Numbered from the stretch's first letter, positions 30,104-40,831 are shown. The stretch: DNA of 64,000 bases from Puniceicoccaceae bacterium (GCA_040830765.1 JBFOMH010000021.1:32001-96000), one strand, 5' to 3'. Notes: generated from the letters alone by a model not told the origin. Program-made: numbers and translations.

Positions 30104-31072
30104 ATGAACCAGTTAGCGAGCAGTGTCATCGACACGATTGGAAATACTCCCCTGATTAAATTGAATGCGGCAGCGGACGGCTGCGTAGCGGACGTGTACG
30201 TGAAGTGCGAGTGGTTCAATCCGCTGGCGAGCGTGAAGGATCGGATTGCCAAGGCGATGATCGAGGCCGCGGAGGCGGACGGCCGCTTGAAGCCGGGAGG
30301 AATCGTCATTGAGCCGACGAGCGGCAACACGGGGATTGGTCTGGCCTTTGTCTGCCGGGCGAAGGGTTACCGTTGCCTGCTGACGATGCCGGAGACGATG
30401 TCGATGGAACGCAGGGTCCTGTTGGCCTTGCTGGGCGCGGAACTGGTCCTGACACCGGGACCGAAGGGGATGCCGGGAGCGATGGCCAAGGCACAGGAAC
30501 TGATTGATCAGTACGGTGATGAAGCATTTGGGCCGGGGCAGTTTGACAATCCCGCGAACCCGGAAGTGCACCGCCAGACGACAGCTGAGGAAATCTGGAC
30601 AGCTACGGATGGTGCAGTGGATATTTTCATGGCTGGCGTTGGTACCGGTGGAACCATCACCGGAGTGGGCGAGGTGCTGAAGTCCCGCAAGCCGGATGCG
30701 AAGATTATCGCCGTCGAGCCGGCTGCCAGTCCGGTAATCAGTGGTGGCCAGCCGGGTCCGCACAAGATCCAGGGGATCGGTGCCGGTTTCATTCCGAAGA
30801 ACCTGAACGTGGATGTCATCGATGACACGGTGACCGTGACGAACGAGGATGCCTTTGACATGGCCCGCAGTGTTTCCATTTCCGACGGCCTGGCTGTCGG
30901 TATTTCCTCGGGTGCGACCATATGGGCAGCCCTACAGGTAGCCAAGCGCCCGGAAAACAAGGGCAAGATGATTGTCGTGGTGGCGGCCAGTCCGAGTGAA
31001 CGCTACCTCAGCACACCCTTGGCGGAATCGGCCCGGGAATCGGCGGCAAAGCTCGAAACAGCCACCGTTTAG
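30104..31072 (+). CDS. cysK: Cysteine synthase A
   Basis: 'IGNTPL', 'NP..SVKDR' (PLP Lys), 'EPTSGNTG', 'GVGTGGT', 'PHKIQGIG'. Start at ATG 30104. Confidence 0.96.
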   Translation: MNQLASSVIDTIGNTPLIKLNAAADGCVADVYVKCEWFNPLASVKDRIAKAMIEAAEADGRLKPGGIVIEPTSGNTGIGLAFVCRAKGYRCLLTMPETMSMERRVLLALLGAELVLTPGPKGMPGAMAKAQELIDQYGDEAFGPGQFDNPANPEVHRQTTAEEIWTATDGAVDIFMAGVGTGGTITGVGEVLKSRKPDAKIIAVEPAASPVISGGQPGPHKIQGIGAGFIPKNLNVDVIDDTVTVTNEDAFDMARSVSISDGLAVGISSGATIWAALQVAKRPENKGKMIVVVAASPSERYLSTPLAESARESAAKLETATV

Positions 31073-31102
31073 GCCCGCCACGGTTCCGTTAGAACACCTT
31101 TC

Positions 31103-31133
31103 AGACCGCCTGCAAATCGCAGGCGGTCTTTTT
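31103..31133 (+). terminator. cysK terminator
   Basis: AGACCGCCTGC-aaatc-GCAGGCGGTCT-TTTT. Confidence 0.9.
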
Positions 31134-31179
31134 ATTGACGAGGCTTTACGGGAGGGGCAGTCGCCGATAGCTTAAATAC

Positions 31180-32604
31180 GTGGATTCGGTGATAGTATGG
31201 TTCAGGCAGGATTTGCGGTTAGCCGACAATCCGGCATGGCAGAAAGCGGTGGCCAGCGGTCGACCGGTCCTTCCGCTGTACATACATGCCCCTGATGAAG
31301 CTGGTCGCTGGAAGCCCGGCGGGGCTTCGCTGTGGTGGCTCCACCATGCCCTCGAAGACCTGCAATCGCAACTGAATGAGGCAGGGCTGCGCCTTATTCT
31401 GCGCAGCGGGGGCAGTGAAGAGGTTTTAAAGGAGTTAGTCGAGGAAACCTCGGCCAAGGCTGTCTATTGGAACCGTTGCTACGAGCCGCATCGTGTGCGC
31501 CTTGATGGCCAGATTAAGCGCTCCCTCAAGGACCACGGGGTGGATGCCTGGAGCGGCAACAGCTCATTGCTCTACGAGCCATGGGAAGTGGCCACGGGCG
31601 CTGGAAATCCCTACAAGGTCTACACGCCGTTTTCCAAGGCTTGTGCCAAACTGCCGACCAAAAGGCCGGTCAAGGTCGAAGGGGAGGCAGGTATTTCCGA
31701 TAGCTGGCCCGACTCATTGTCCCTGCAGTCCCTCGGATTGCTGCCGGAAATCGAATGGGACAAGGGGATGCGGGAGTTCTGGGATCCCACCCGGCAAGGC
31801 GGGCTTAATCGGATGCAGGCATTCCTGGATGATTGTGCCGGCGACTACGCCGAGGCACGCGACTACCCGGCGGTCGATGGTACCTCTCGCCTCTCGCCAT
31901 ACCTGCATTGGGGACAGCTTGGTCCCCGGGAGGTGGCGGCGGCCATTGAAGAGGCCGACAAAAGCCCGGGCAGGGATGTGTTTCACCGGGAAATCGTCTG
32001 GAGAGAGTTCGCTTATCATGTCCTCTATCATTTTCCGGACACGCCTGAAGAACCTCTGCAGCTGAAGTATGCCAAATTTCCCTGGAAAAAGGATAGCTCC
32101 ATCCTGAAAGCGTGGCAACGCGGCCGGACCGGGTACCCTATTGTCGATGCCGGCATGCGGCAGCTTTGGGAAACAGGGTGGATGCACAACCGGGTACGGA
32201 TGATTGTCGCCTCATTGCTCGTCAAGCACCTGCTTCATTCATGGGAGGATGGGGCGGCCTGGTTTTGGGATACCCTTGTTGATGCTGACCTTGCCAGTAA
32301 TACCCTTGGCTGGCAATGGGCTGGGGGGTGTGGCGCTGACGCCGCTCCCTATTTCCGGATATTCAATCCAATGACCCAGAGCGAGAAGTTCGATGCGGAT
32401 GGGAATTACATTAAGCGCTACGTCCCTGAGCTCAAGGATGTGCCGGAGAAGTACATCCACACGCCTTGGGAAATGCCGCCGGAGGTTCAGGAAGCCGCCT
32501 CATGTATCATTGGCAAGGATTACCCCGAGCCCATCATCGAGCACAAGGCGGGAAGGGAGCGGGCGCTTGCGGCCCTGGCCTCCCTCAAGGAGGATAAAGC
32601 GTGA
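31180..32604 (+). CDS. Deoxyribodipyrimidine (CPD) photolyase
   Basis: 'WFRQDLRL.DNPA', 'TSRLSPYL.WG', 'G.TGYP.VDA.MRQL..TGWMHNR.RM', 'RIFNP'. Confidence 0.95.
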   Translation: MDSVIVWFRQDLRLADNPAWQKAVASGRPVLPLYIHAPDEAGRWKPGGASLWWLHHALEDLQSQLNEAGLRLILRSGGSEEVLKELVEETSAKAVYWNRCYEPHRVRLDGQIKRSLKDHGVDAWSGNSSLLYEPWEVATGAGNPYKVYTPFSKACAKLPTKRPVKVEGEAGISDSWPDSLSLQSLGLLPEIEWDKGMREFWDPTRQGGLNRMQAFLDDCAGDYAEARDYPAVDGTSRLSPYLHWGQLGPREVAAAIEEADKSPGRDVFHREIVWREFAYHVLYHFPDTPEEPLQLKYAKFPWKKDSSILKAWQRGRTGYPIVDAGMRQLWETGWMHNRVRMIVASLLVKHLLHSWEDGAAWFWDTLVDADLASNTLGWQWAGGCGADAAPYFRIFNPMTQSEKFDADGNYIKRYVPELKDVPEKYIHTPWEMPPEVQEAASCIIGKDYPEPIIEHKAGRERALAALASLKEDKA

Positions 32605-34169
32605 GTTCCGCCAGGAAAAAGCTGCGCCATTTGGTCGTTGTTCTTGGGGACCAACTGGACTTGTCGGCATCTACCCTCGCCGAATTCGACAAGGAGCGGG
32701 ATCTGATCTGGATGGCGGAAGCGGCTGGTGAAGCGGGACACGTCTGGTCCACCAGGATGCGCATCGCTTATTTCTTCTCAGCCATGCGCCACTTCCGGGA
32801 AGCACTCAAGGCTGAGGGACTGCCGGTCCATTACCATGAGATCGACGACAGTGAACGCGGATTGATGGATCTGCTCCAAGACACGCTGGAGGACCTGCAA
32901 CCGGAGAAGGTCATTTGCACCCTGCCCGGTGAGTGGAGGGTACTTGAGGAGCTGCGGCAGGCTTGCAAGGAGGCCAGTTGCCCGCTCGAGGTGCGGGAGG
33001 ACAGCCATTTCATGGATGTCCCGGAAGCATTCCGTGATTGGGCCGAGGGACGCAAAGCCATCCGGTTGGAGTATTACTATCGGGAAATGCGCAAACGTCA
33101 CCAGATTCTCATGACAGAGGATGGAAAGCCCGAGGGTGGCGAATGGAATTTCGACAAGGAGAACCGGGGCAGCTTCGGCAAGGACGGGCCCGCCAAGGAC
33201 AAGCCTGTTCCCCCTTCATTTGCGGCGGATGCCATCACCCGGGAGGTAGTGCGGTTGGTCAATGAGCGGTTTAGTGACCATCCGGGTTCCCTCGATGATT
33301 TCCGCTGGCCAGTGACGAGGGAAGACGCCCTTACTGCCCTTGAGGACTTCGTGAAAAACCGCCTGCCGGAATTCGGGCTCTACCAGGATGCCATGTGGAC
33401 GGGCGAACCCTGGCTCTATCACTCCCTGCTTTCACCGGCGCTCAACGCCAAGCTGCTGAATCCGCGGGAGGTCATCAAGGCGGCGACAGATGCCTATCAG
33501 GCGGGCGGGGCTCCGCTGAACGCGGTGGAGGGATTTGTGCGCCAGATTCTCGGGTGGCGGGAATATGTCCGGGGTGTCTACTGGTGGAAAATGCCGGGAT
33601 ACCTCGAACTCAACGCCCTGCAGGCGGAAGCGCGCCTGCCTGAATTCTACTGGACTGGCGAGACCCGCTACCGCTGCCTCTCGGAATCCTTGCAGCAGAC
33701 CCTGGAACATGGCTATGCCCATCATATCCAGCGACTGATGGTAACCGGACTGTACGGACTGCTCCTCGGGATTGATCCGGTTGAAATGCACAAGTGGTAC
33801 CTTGCCGTCTATGTGGATGCGGTGGAATGGGTGGAGCTGCCCAATACCCTCGGGATGTCCCAGTTTGCCGACGAGGGAATCATGGCCTCGAAGCCCTATG
33901 TAGCGAGCGGCAAATACATTCAGCGGATGAGCAACTACTGTTCAGGTTGTCCGGCCAACCCCGCCAAGGCGACCGGGGAGGATGCCTGCCCCTTCACGAC
34001 ACTGTATTGGGATTTCCTCTACCGTCATCGGGAAGACCTTTCCTCAAACCGGCGCATGCAGATGCAACTGCGCAACCTTGAGCGCAAGTCTGAGGATGAG
34101 ATGGCGGCCATTCGTGAAGCGGCAAAATTGGCATGGGCCAATCCGTCCGGAATGGAGGTTCCGGCATGA
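32601..34169 (+). CDS. FeS-cluster cryptochrome/(6-4) photolyase-like protein
   Basis: 'LGDQL', 'SAMRHF', 'GG.WNFD..NR', 'YQDAM', 'GYAHHIQRLM', 'KPY.ASG.YI.RMSNYC..C...CPF' with FeS cysteines. Confidence 0.92.
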   Translation: MSSARKKLRHLVVVLGDQLDLSASTLAEFDKERDLIWMAEAAGEAGHVWSTRMRIAYFFSAMRHFREALKAEGLPVHYHEIDDSERGLMDLLQDTLEDLQPEKVICTLPGEWRVLEELRQACKEASCPLEVREDSHFMDVPEAFRDWAEGRKAIRLEYYYREMRKRHQILMTEDGKPEGGEWNFDKENRGSFGKDGPAKDKPVPPSFAADAITREVVRLVNERFSDHPGSLDDFRWPVTREDALTALEDFVKNRLPEFGLYQDAMWTGEPWLYHSLLSPALNAKLLNPREVIKAATDAYQAGGAPLNAVEGFVRQILGWREYVRGVYWWKMPGYLELNALQAEARLPEFYWTGETRYRCLSESLQQTLEHGYAHHIQRLMVTGLYGLLLGIDPVEMHKWYLAVYVDAVEWVELPNTLGMSQFADEGIMASKPYVASGKYIQRMSNYCSGCPANPAKATGEDACPFTTLYWDFLYRHREDLSSNRRMQMQLRNLERKSEDEMAAIREAAKLAWANPSGMEVPA

Positions 34170-35533
34170 AGAAACAGCGATTCAGTAAATCCTCTGTTGT
34201 GCCGGTTCCGGTGGAGCGCCTGTGGGACTGGCACATGACGGAGGGTGCCTTTGAACGACTGGTTCCTTCATGGCAGAGAGTGGAGGTGGTAAAGCGGCCG
34301 GAACAAATGACACCAGGCAGCACAGTACTTTTGCGTCTGCATGCCGGATTCCTCAAGCGGGATTGGCGGGCCCGCATCGAGTCCGTTGAGGAGAACCGGC
34401 ATTTCGTCGATATCCAGGAGAAGGGCCCCTTTGGTTTCTGGTGCCATGAGCACGGCATGGAGGCGGCGGGTGGGGATTCATCCTGTTTAATCGACACAAT
34501 CGACTATGCACTGCCAATGGGGCTTGGCAAGGTGCCGGGCATGAACCGACTTGCTGACAGCCAGCTGGAGCGCCTTTTCCGATTCCGTCATGAGCAAATG
34601 CGACTCGACCTGGAGCGGTATCCTGAACTGCCCGGTGCAGGGCGAACAGTTCTGGTAACCGGGGCAAGCGGCCTTGTCGGTCGCCGGTTGGTTCCATTCC
34701 TGAAGACACTGGGATACCGGGTCCATGAGCTGACCCGGGGACCGGCAGGTCCGCAGCGATTCAATTGGGACCCTGAGCGACAATTCCTCGATTCCAACGC
34801 CCTTAAGGATGTCCATGCTGTGATTCATCTAGCCGGTGCCAATATCGCCGCTGGTCGTTGGACAGAGGCCCGCAGGAAAGCGATCCTCGAAAGCCGGATT
34901 AATGGGACACGGACCCTGGTCGAGGCAATGAAGGAATTAGCAAATCCTCCTAAAGTGCTAATTTCCTCCTCGGGAGTGAATTTTTACGAAGCCGACGGAC
35001 AACCGAAAAACGAGGGCTCAGCTTCTGGATCGGGGTTCCTTTCGGAGGTCTGTCGTCAATGGGAAGGTGAAGCCATGGAGGCAGCGAAGGTCGGTATCCG
35101 GACTGTTTGTTTGCGGACAGCCGTGGTCCTCGATCCGTCTGGAGGGGCCTTGGGCAGGATGCTATTACCCTTCAGGCTCGGGCTTGGCGGACCTGTTGGG
35201 TCTGGAAGCCAAGGCTTTCCGTGGATTGAGATGGATGACTTACTCGATATATTTATCCACCTAATGGAAGGTGAAACAATCCAAGGTCCGGTCAATGCGG
35301 TGCATTCACATCAGCTGACACAACGCACCTTCAGTAAGTGCCTCGGGGCTGTCCTTGCCCGTCCTGCAATCCTGCCGCTGCCGGCCCCGGTCGTAAAACT
35401 GGCTTTTGGACGAATGGGTGAGGAGACCCTGCTTGCCAATCTCAACGTCCGGCCCGATGTTCTTGAGTCTTCCGGCTATTCATTCCGTTTCAAGACCCTT
35501 GAAGCGACCCTGCGGCACATACTTGGTCGCTAG
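34166..35533 (+). CDS. TIGR01777-family NAD-dependent epimerase with N-terminal SRPBCC domain
   Basis: 'FVD.Q.KGPF..W.HEH' SRPBCC block; 'TGASGLVG', 'LAG.NIA.GRW', 'F.LGLGG.VGSG.Q..PWI'. Start at ATG 34166. Confidence 0.9.
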   Translation: MKKQRFSKSSVVPVPVERLWDWHMTEGAFERLVPSWQRVEVVKRPEQMTPGSTVLLRLHAGFLKRDWRARIESVEENRHFVDIQEKGPFGFWCHEHGMEAAGGDSSCLIDTIDYALPMGLGKVPGMNRLADSQLERLFRFRHEQMRLDLERYPELPGAGRTVLVTGASGLVGRRLVPFLKTLGYRVHELTRGPAGPQRFNWDPERQFLDSNALKDVHAVIHLAGANIAAGRWTEARRKAILESRINGTRTLVEAMKELANPPKVLISSSGVNFYEADGQPKNEGSASGSGFLSEVCRQWEGEAMEAAKVGIRTVCLRTAVVLDPSGGALGRMLLPFRLGLGGPVGSGSQGFPWIEMDDLLDIFIHLMEGETIQGPVNAVHSHQLTQRTFSKCLGAVLARPAILPLPAPVVKLAFGRMGEETLLANLNVRPDVLESSGYSFRFKTLEATLRHILGR

Positions 35534-35547
35534 AAACTCCTGCTCTC

Positions 35548-36432
35548 ATGCCTTTGCACTACCTCAATCCCCTCGTTTGCGCCCTTTTTTTTGCGCTGGC
35601 CAACATCGTCCTCAAGCGGGGCATGATGGATGGGACAGGGGCCCTCCGGTGTGTCTTCATCACAAACGGAACGTTCTTCATATGCCTCATTCCACTGTGG
35701 TGGATTTTTCCGACCCCTGTTGATCCGACCCTCTTGTGGGCTCCGGTCGTGGCTGGGATAGCGGCCTTTCTCGGTTCCCTGTTTTCCACTCTGGCCCTGA
35801 GGGTTGGTGATGTTTCAGTAGCGACACCATTGCTGGGAGGAAAAGTTCTCTTTGTGGCCCTGCTGTCTACCTTGATTCTGGGCAATCAACTGCCCCTGAG
35901 TTGGTGGGCCGGGGCAGTCCTTGCCGGGGCCGGAATCTTCTTCCTTGGCCAAGGACCTGGCCGCAAAGGGGCGGGAGGTCCCCTCTGGCTGACCATCGTC
36001 CTTTCACTTCTGGGAGTCTTTTTCTTTGCCCTGATGGACATCATCATCGCCGGGTGGGGCAAATCCTTTGGATTTCAACGGTTCGTGGCCCTGCAGCAGG
36101 TCGTCACATTCGGGCTCAGCCTTTTCCTAATCCCCTTCTTCAAGGAACCGTTGAAGAATGTCCCCCGACACAGCCTGTGGTGGGTATTTGTCGGCAGCCT
36201 GATCATTGTCGGCCAGTTTTTCCTCCTGAACTGGACCATCGCCATGTACCGGGATCCGACAGCAATCAATATCGTCTACAGCTCACGGGGGGTGTGGTCA
36301 GTTATCCTTGTCTGGACGGTGGGCCGCTTGCTGGGCAACGAGGAACGGTCGCGGGGAACGGCGGTCCTGGCCCAACGGGCATTGGGCGCATTGTTACTGG
36401 TTATAGCCATTTCCCTGGTGATTGTTGTTTGA
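35548..36432 (+). CDS. DMT/EamA family transporter
   Basis: About 10 TM helices; 'GDVSVATPL'. Confidence 0.8.
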   Translation: MPLHYLNPLVCALFFALANIVLKRGMMDGTGALRCVFITNGTFFICLIPLWWIFPTPVDPTLLWAPVVAGIAAFLGSLFSTLALRVGDVSVATPLLGGKVLFVALLSTLILGNQLPLSWWAGAVLAGAGIFFLGQGPGRKGAGGPLWLTIVLSLLGVFFFALMDIIIAGWGKSFGFQRFVALQQVVTFGLSLFLIPFFKEPLKNVPRHSLWWVFVGSLIIVGQFFLLNWTIAMYRDPTAINIVYSSRGVWSVILVWTVGRLLGNEERSRGTAVLAQRALGALLLVIAISLVIVV

Positions 36433-36478
36433 CCATTTCCCTTGTGATTCGGCGGATAGCAGCTATCAGTTTAGGGAT

Positions 36479-38299
36479 ATGGCTGATTTTGTAATACGTG
36501 TCCTGAAGTGGCTTGCCGCGCTGGTTACGGCCTACTTCATTTTATTCGCGCTCCTGTTCCTCATGCTGATCGGGATTGGAATTGCCTTCCAACCGACTCC
36601 AGTGACCGTCGAGCCAAACTCGGTCCTGGTCCTGGATCTGGGATTTAACCTGACGGACCGGCCAGAGACGGATGATCCGGCGGCGCTCATCGCCGATGCC
36701 CTTGAAGGCAGCATTTCCCAGACGGCCTCCCTGCGGCAGGTGATCAACACCTTGGAGAGTGCCAGTAACGACTCCGATATTCATGGCTTGCTGATAAAGG
36801 GCAACCTGCAGGCGGGAAGTTACGGCACCAGTTTCGCCGCCCTGCGGGAGTTCAGGCAGGCACTCTTGGACTTTGGCAAGAAAAAGCCTGTCTGGAGCGT
36901 CTTGAAGTGGGACACCCTGCGGGACTATTACCTGAAGTCCGCAGCGACGGAGGTCATTACCGATTCGCATGGGATGGTCGACTTTCGGGGGCTTCGGGCC
37001 GAGCGCCTTTACCTCGGCGAGGCCTTTGAGCGCATTGGTATTGATGTCCAGGTGGAAGCCGTTGGTGAATTCAAGACGGCCGGGGAGAGCTTCCAGCAGG
37101 CATCCATGTCGGAGGCCGAAAAAGAGCAACTGGAAGACCTTATCGGTGACCTCTGGGAGGCGATCGTCGGCGATATTGCTGCTTCGCGAGGTGTTGATGT
37201 CGCGACCCTGAACGCGGTCGCGGAGAAAGAGCTCTTTAACACAGGCAAGGAAACCATAGGCAACCATCTGGTTGACACCATCATGACTGAAGACCAGCTG
37301 CTTGACTACCTTGTCAGCAAGGTTGGGTTTGATGGGGAGGGGGAGACCTATCGCCAGTTTGATTTCCAGGATTACCGCAACCTGAGGGATCCCATGGCGG
37401 GATTGATGGATTTTGATCTGAGTAACAACAAGGTGGCCATCCTGTATATCCAAGGACTGATACTCGACGGTAAGAGCGGCGATGGGATTGCCGGTGCGAC
37501 GACCATCAACCGCCAGCTTCGCAAACTGCGCAACGATAACTCCGTGAAGGCAGTCGTTCTCCGCGTTAACAGCCCGGGTGGCAGTTCAACTGCTTCCTCC
37601 CGGATTGCCCGGGAGATTGAACTGACCAACGAGGAGAAGCCTGTTGTTGTCTCCATGGGGACGATTGCCGCCAGTGGCGGTTACATGATTTCCGCCGTTG
37701 GTGATTATATTTTTGCCGAATCAACGACCATCACCGGTTCCATTGGTGTTGTCTCGATGCTTTGGAACATCGAGGAACTGGCCGGCAAGCTTTCCCTGCA
37801 TTTTGAAGGTGTGGAGACTCATCCGTTTGCCGGCTCCTTTTCCCTTGCCAGGGCCAAGACCGAGGAGGAGTTGCGGCAAATCCGGGTCATGGGGGAACAG
37901 ACCTACGATGAGTTCCTGCAGGTTGTCGCGGTCAACCGTGGCATCACCCGCAACGACTTGCTGCCATTGGCGCAGGGACGCGTATGGTCCGGGACCGCAG
38001 CGGTCAAAAGCAACCTCGCTGATGAAATAGGCGGGCTGAAGAGTGCCGTCCAGCGGGCTGCGGACCTTGCCGGGATCGGGGACGGATTTGATGTCATCGA
38101 GCGGCCCCGGCCGCTGACCCTCGAAGAGAAGATTGAGGAAATGCTGACCGGTGGGTCCATGACCCTGGCCCGACCGACTCCCCGTGGGCAGTTGGGAATC
38201 ATGCTCAGCGACCTCGAGGAGGAGGTACAGCGTCTGGCATCCTTGAATGACCCGCGCGGACTCTATACCGTCGTTCCCTACAACCTGAAAATATACTGA
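36479..38299 (+). CDS. sppA: Signal peptide peptidase SppA (67K type)
   Basis: 'G.FKTA.E', 'VLRVNSPGGS', 'VVSMG..AASGGY', 'T.TGSIGV', 'QGRVW.G'. Start at ATG 36479. Confidence 0.93.
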   Translation: MADFVIRVLKWLAALVTAYFILFALLFLMLIGIGIAFQPTPVTVEPNSVLVLDLGFNLTDRPETDDPAALIADALEGSISQTASLRQVINTLESASNDSDIHGLLIKGNLQAGSYGTSFAALREFRQALLDFGKKKPVWSVLKWDTLRDYYLKSAATEVITDSHGMVDFRGLRAERLYLGEAFERIGIDVQVEAVGEFKTAGESFQQASMSEAEKEQLEDLIGDLWEAIVGDIAASRGVDVATLNAVAEKELFNTGKETIGNHLVDTIMTEDQLLDYLVSKVGFDGEGETYRQFDFQDYRNLRDPMAGLMDFDLSNNKVAILYIQGLILDGKSGDGIAGATTINRQLRKLRNDNSVKAVVLRVNSPGGSSTASSRIAREIELTNEEKPVVVSMGTIAASGGYMISAVGDYIFAESTTITGSIGVVSMLWNIEELAGKLSLHFEGVETHPFAGSFSLARAKTEEELRQIRVMGEQTYDEFLQVVAVNRGITRNDLLPLAQGRVWSGTAAVKSNLADEIGGLKSAVQRAADLAGIGDGFDVIERPRPLTLEEKIEEMLTGGSMTLARPTPRGQLGIMLSDLEEEVQRLASLNDPRGLYTVVPYNLKIY

Positions 38300-38318
38300 T
38301 TTAACCCGATAGATAACG

Positions 38319-38876
38319 ATGTCATTAAAAGGCAAAACGATCACAGTTGAACAAACCTGCAACGCTACCCGGATTCCTTCAGGAGAGCCCTTGCACCTGA
38401 ATCCCGGCGAGGAATATGTCATCAGCCAGGCCCTGGGAGGGAGCGTTACCCTGCGTGATTCCGGGGGGCTTTACCGGGTCGGGCTAGAGGATGTCGATGC
38501 CCTGGGGGCAGAGGTTGCTGAAGCTGCGCGCCAAGCGGCCGATGTCGAGGTGGAGGATGTACCGTTCAGCGAGGAGCTGGTTTGGGACGCCTTGCGACAA
38601 TGTTTTGATCCGGAAATCCCGGTTAATATCGTCGACCTCGGCTTGATTTACGATTTGCAGATAACCGAGGCGGGCGAAGGGAAGTACGCCATTGCCGTCA
38701 AGATGACCCTGACGGCGACGGGATGCGGGATGGGACCAACCATTGCCGCCGATGCCCAGGCCAAAATTGAAGCCATCCCGTCTGTTGCCTCGGCGGTTGT
38801 CGATATTGTCTGGGATCCACAATGGACTCCGCATATGATTTCTGACGAGGCCCGCAAGGTGCTCGGCCTCGACTGA
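38319..38876 (+). CDS. sufT: Fe-S cluster assembly protein SufT (DUF59)
   Basis: 'DPEIPVNIVDLGLIY', 'MTLT..GC.MG', 'WDP.W', N-terminal 'QALGGS.T' extension. Confidence 0.85.
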   Translation: MSLKGKTITVEQTCNATRIPSGEPLHLNPGEEYVISQALGGSVTLRDSGGLYRVGLEDVDALGAEVAEAARQAADVEVEDVPFSEELVWDALRQCFDPEIPVNIVDLGLIYDLQITEAGEGKYAIAVKMTLTATGCGMGPTIAADAQAKIEAIPSVASAVVDIVWDPQWTPHMISDEARKVLGLD

Positions 38877-38904
38877 TCCTCGGGGGAGCGGTTAAGGAGA
38901 CACC

Positions 38905-39840
38905 GTGGGCGAGCAGAATCTACCGAAGGTTGAACGGGAGCAGATCGATCGCTTTCTCCGCTTTATTGAGTCCGAGCGGCAGTACTCCTCCTACACCGTC
39001 CGCAATTATCGGCAGGCCCTGGAGGGACTGCTCTCCTATGTTGCCGAGGGCCGCTCCGGTGTTCGCAACCTCTTCGAAATGATGGGTCCCTTGACCATCC
39101 GGTCCTATGTCATTGATGCCCAGCGGACCGGTGTCTCCAAGCGTACCCTTCACCTGAGGCTATCTGCTTTCCGGTCTTTTTTCCGCTACCTCCGGAAACA
39201 TGGAATCGTTGACCACAACCCTGTTGCTGGAATCAGCGTTCCGAAGTATCGCAAACCCTTGCCCAAGTTCCTTACGGAAAGGGAAATGGAGCGCTTTCTG
39301 GACGGACCGGCACAATTGCTTGAAGCAGGCGAGTGCGATGGGTTTACAGCGAAACGGGATGCCCTTTTGTTCGAGCTCTTCTATGGGGCTGGACTGCGCA
39401 TCAGTGAGGTCGTGCAGGCAACCTGGGGCAGCTACGACAAAGGCTCCCGTTGCCTCAAGGTTCTAGGCAAGGGGCGCAAGGAACGCCTGTGCCCGGTTGG
39501 CGAGCACGCCGCCCGGTTAATGGAGGAATACCGCAAGGATCATGCGGTGGTTACCGGACAGGAGGATCCCATCCTCCACACCCTCGCCGGCAAGCCACTC
39601 TCACCCTTCTGGATTCAAAAGCGGATGAAGATCTATCTGCGACTGGCCGATCTCCCGGAAGACCTGACACCACACAAAATCCGGCACTCCTTCGCCACGC
39701 ATCTGCTCAATGCCGGCGCGGATATGCGGGTGGTGCAGGAGTTACTTGGCCACGCAAGTCTTTCCACCACTCAGATCTATACCCATGTCGGCCTCAAGCG
39801 GCTCAAGGATGCGCACTCGCAGGCGCATCCCCGGGCTTAG
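38905..39840 (+). CDS. xerC: Tyrosine recombinase XerC-like
   Basis: 'ER..S..TV.NY', 'LPK.L', 'YG.GLR.SE', 'GKG.KER', 'TPH..RHSFATHLL..GAD.R.VQELLGH..LSTTQIYTH'. Confidence 0.88.
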   Translation: MGEQNLPKVEREQIDRFLRFIESERQYSSYTVRNYRQALEGLLSYVAEGRSGVRNLFEMMGPLTIRSYVIDAQRTGVSKRTLHLRLSAFRSFFRYLRKHGIVDHNPVAGISVPKYRKPLPKFLTEREMERFLDGPAQLLEAGECDGFTAKRDALLFELFYGAGLRISEVVQATWGSYDKGSRCLKVLGKGRKERLCPVGEHAARLMEEYRKDHAVVTGQEDPILHTLAGKPLSPFWIQKRMKIYLRLADLPEDLTPHKIRHSFATHLLNAGADMRVVQELLGHASLSTTQIYTHVGLKRLKDAHSQAHPRA

Positions 39841-40831
39841 GCAGGAACTGCGTCGTAAACCATTTCCCGGCAGGACTGGAAGTGTCCTCAAGCATCTCGA
39901 GGGCCTCCATTTCGTGAGCCAGCACTTCCATACGGGACGGGTCCAATCGCCCGACATTGTGACCATCGGGACCGTCACCGGTAACCAGGCGACGCTCCTG
40001 CATTGCCCCGTAGCTGAAGGCTATGAATGCCTCGTTCATCTTCGGATTCTGTCCGGCGATGAGCGCCAGGGCGGGTTCCGGGTCGTTGAGGATAAAATCC
40101 CTCCAGCCACGAACAGAGGCGTGGACAAAGCGTCTCACCAGATCGGGATCTTCCTCAATCAGGGAGCGGAGGCAGTAGATTCCATGGTAGGGATCGAATC
40201 CAGACTCACGCAGGGGAAGGACTTTCGCCTCCAGTCCAGCTTGCTGGACATAAAATGGCTCGTTGGTCAACAGGCACTGCTGGATAAATTCCGGATCATT
40301 GAGGAAGCGTTCAATCCCGAAATCGTGGGGGATAATGTCCAGATTGATGCCATAGCGCGATTCCAGCCAACGGATCCATGCCAGGCCCGGGATGGCCATT
40401 ACTTGCCGGCCATCCAGTTCTTCAAATGTTGAAATGGGATTCGAGGCATGGAGAAGCAGGGCCTGCGGATCGTGTTGCAGGGTGGCCATGACCATGGTCA
40501 CCGGCACATCGCGACGACACAACGAGTAGATAGTGTCGGCCCGGTTCATGGCGAAATCGGCCCGTCCCTTGAGGACCTTCTGGGTCGACATGGCATTCGG
40601 TCCTCCCGGCAGGATTGTCACCGACAAGCCGGCCTCTTCGTAGAATCCCCTGGCCAGGGCCTGGTAGAAGCCACCGTGCTCGGGTTGCGGAAACCAGTCG
40701 GTCTGGAGGATGACTTGGTCCAGCTTTGCCTCCAAGTCATTTCCCGGCTCTGCGTCACGCCGGCATCCAATGCCCATGAGCAAGCTTCCGAGGAGTAGAA
40801 AAGCGCTCAACTGTAGCTGCCGTAACCGCAC
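39803..40831 (-). CDS. NMT1/THI5-like substrate-binding lipoprotein
   Basis: Lipobox 'MGIGC'; 'LQTDWFPQPEHGGFYQA...G.Y...GL.V.I.PGG'. Confidence 0.85.
   Translation of the reverse strand: MRLRQLQLSAFLLLGSLLMGIGCRRDAEPGNDLEAKLDQVILQTDWFPQPEHGGFYQALARGFYEEAGLSVTILPGGPNAMSTQKVLKGRADFAMNRADTIYSLCRRDVPVTMVMATLQHDPQALLLHASNPISTFEELDGRQVMAIPGLAWIRWLESRYGINLDIIPHDFGIERFLNDPEFIQQCLLTNEPFYVQQAGLEAKVLPLRESGFDPYHGIYCLRSLIEEDPDLVRRFVHASVRGWRDFILNDPEPALALIAGQNPKMNEAFIAFSYGAMQERRLVTGDGPDGHNVGRLDPSRMEVLAHEMEALEMLEDTSSPAGKWFTTQFLPKPGDAPASAHP

Noticed and set aside
38905..39840. Tyrosine recombinase as a sign of a prophage or integrative element
   Set aside because: Size and motifs fit chromosomal XerC/D, flanking genes are housekeeping, and no att repeats or cargo were seen.
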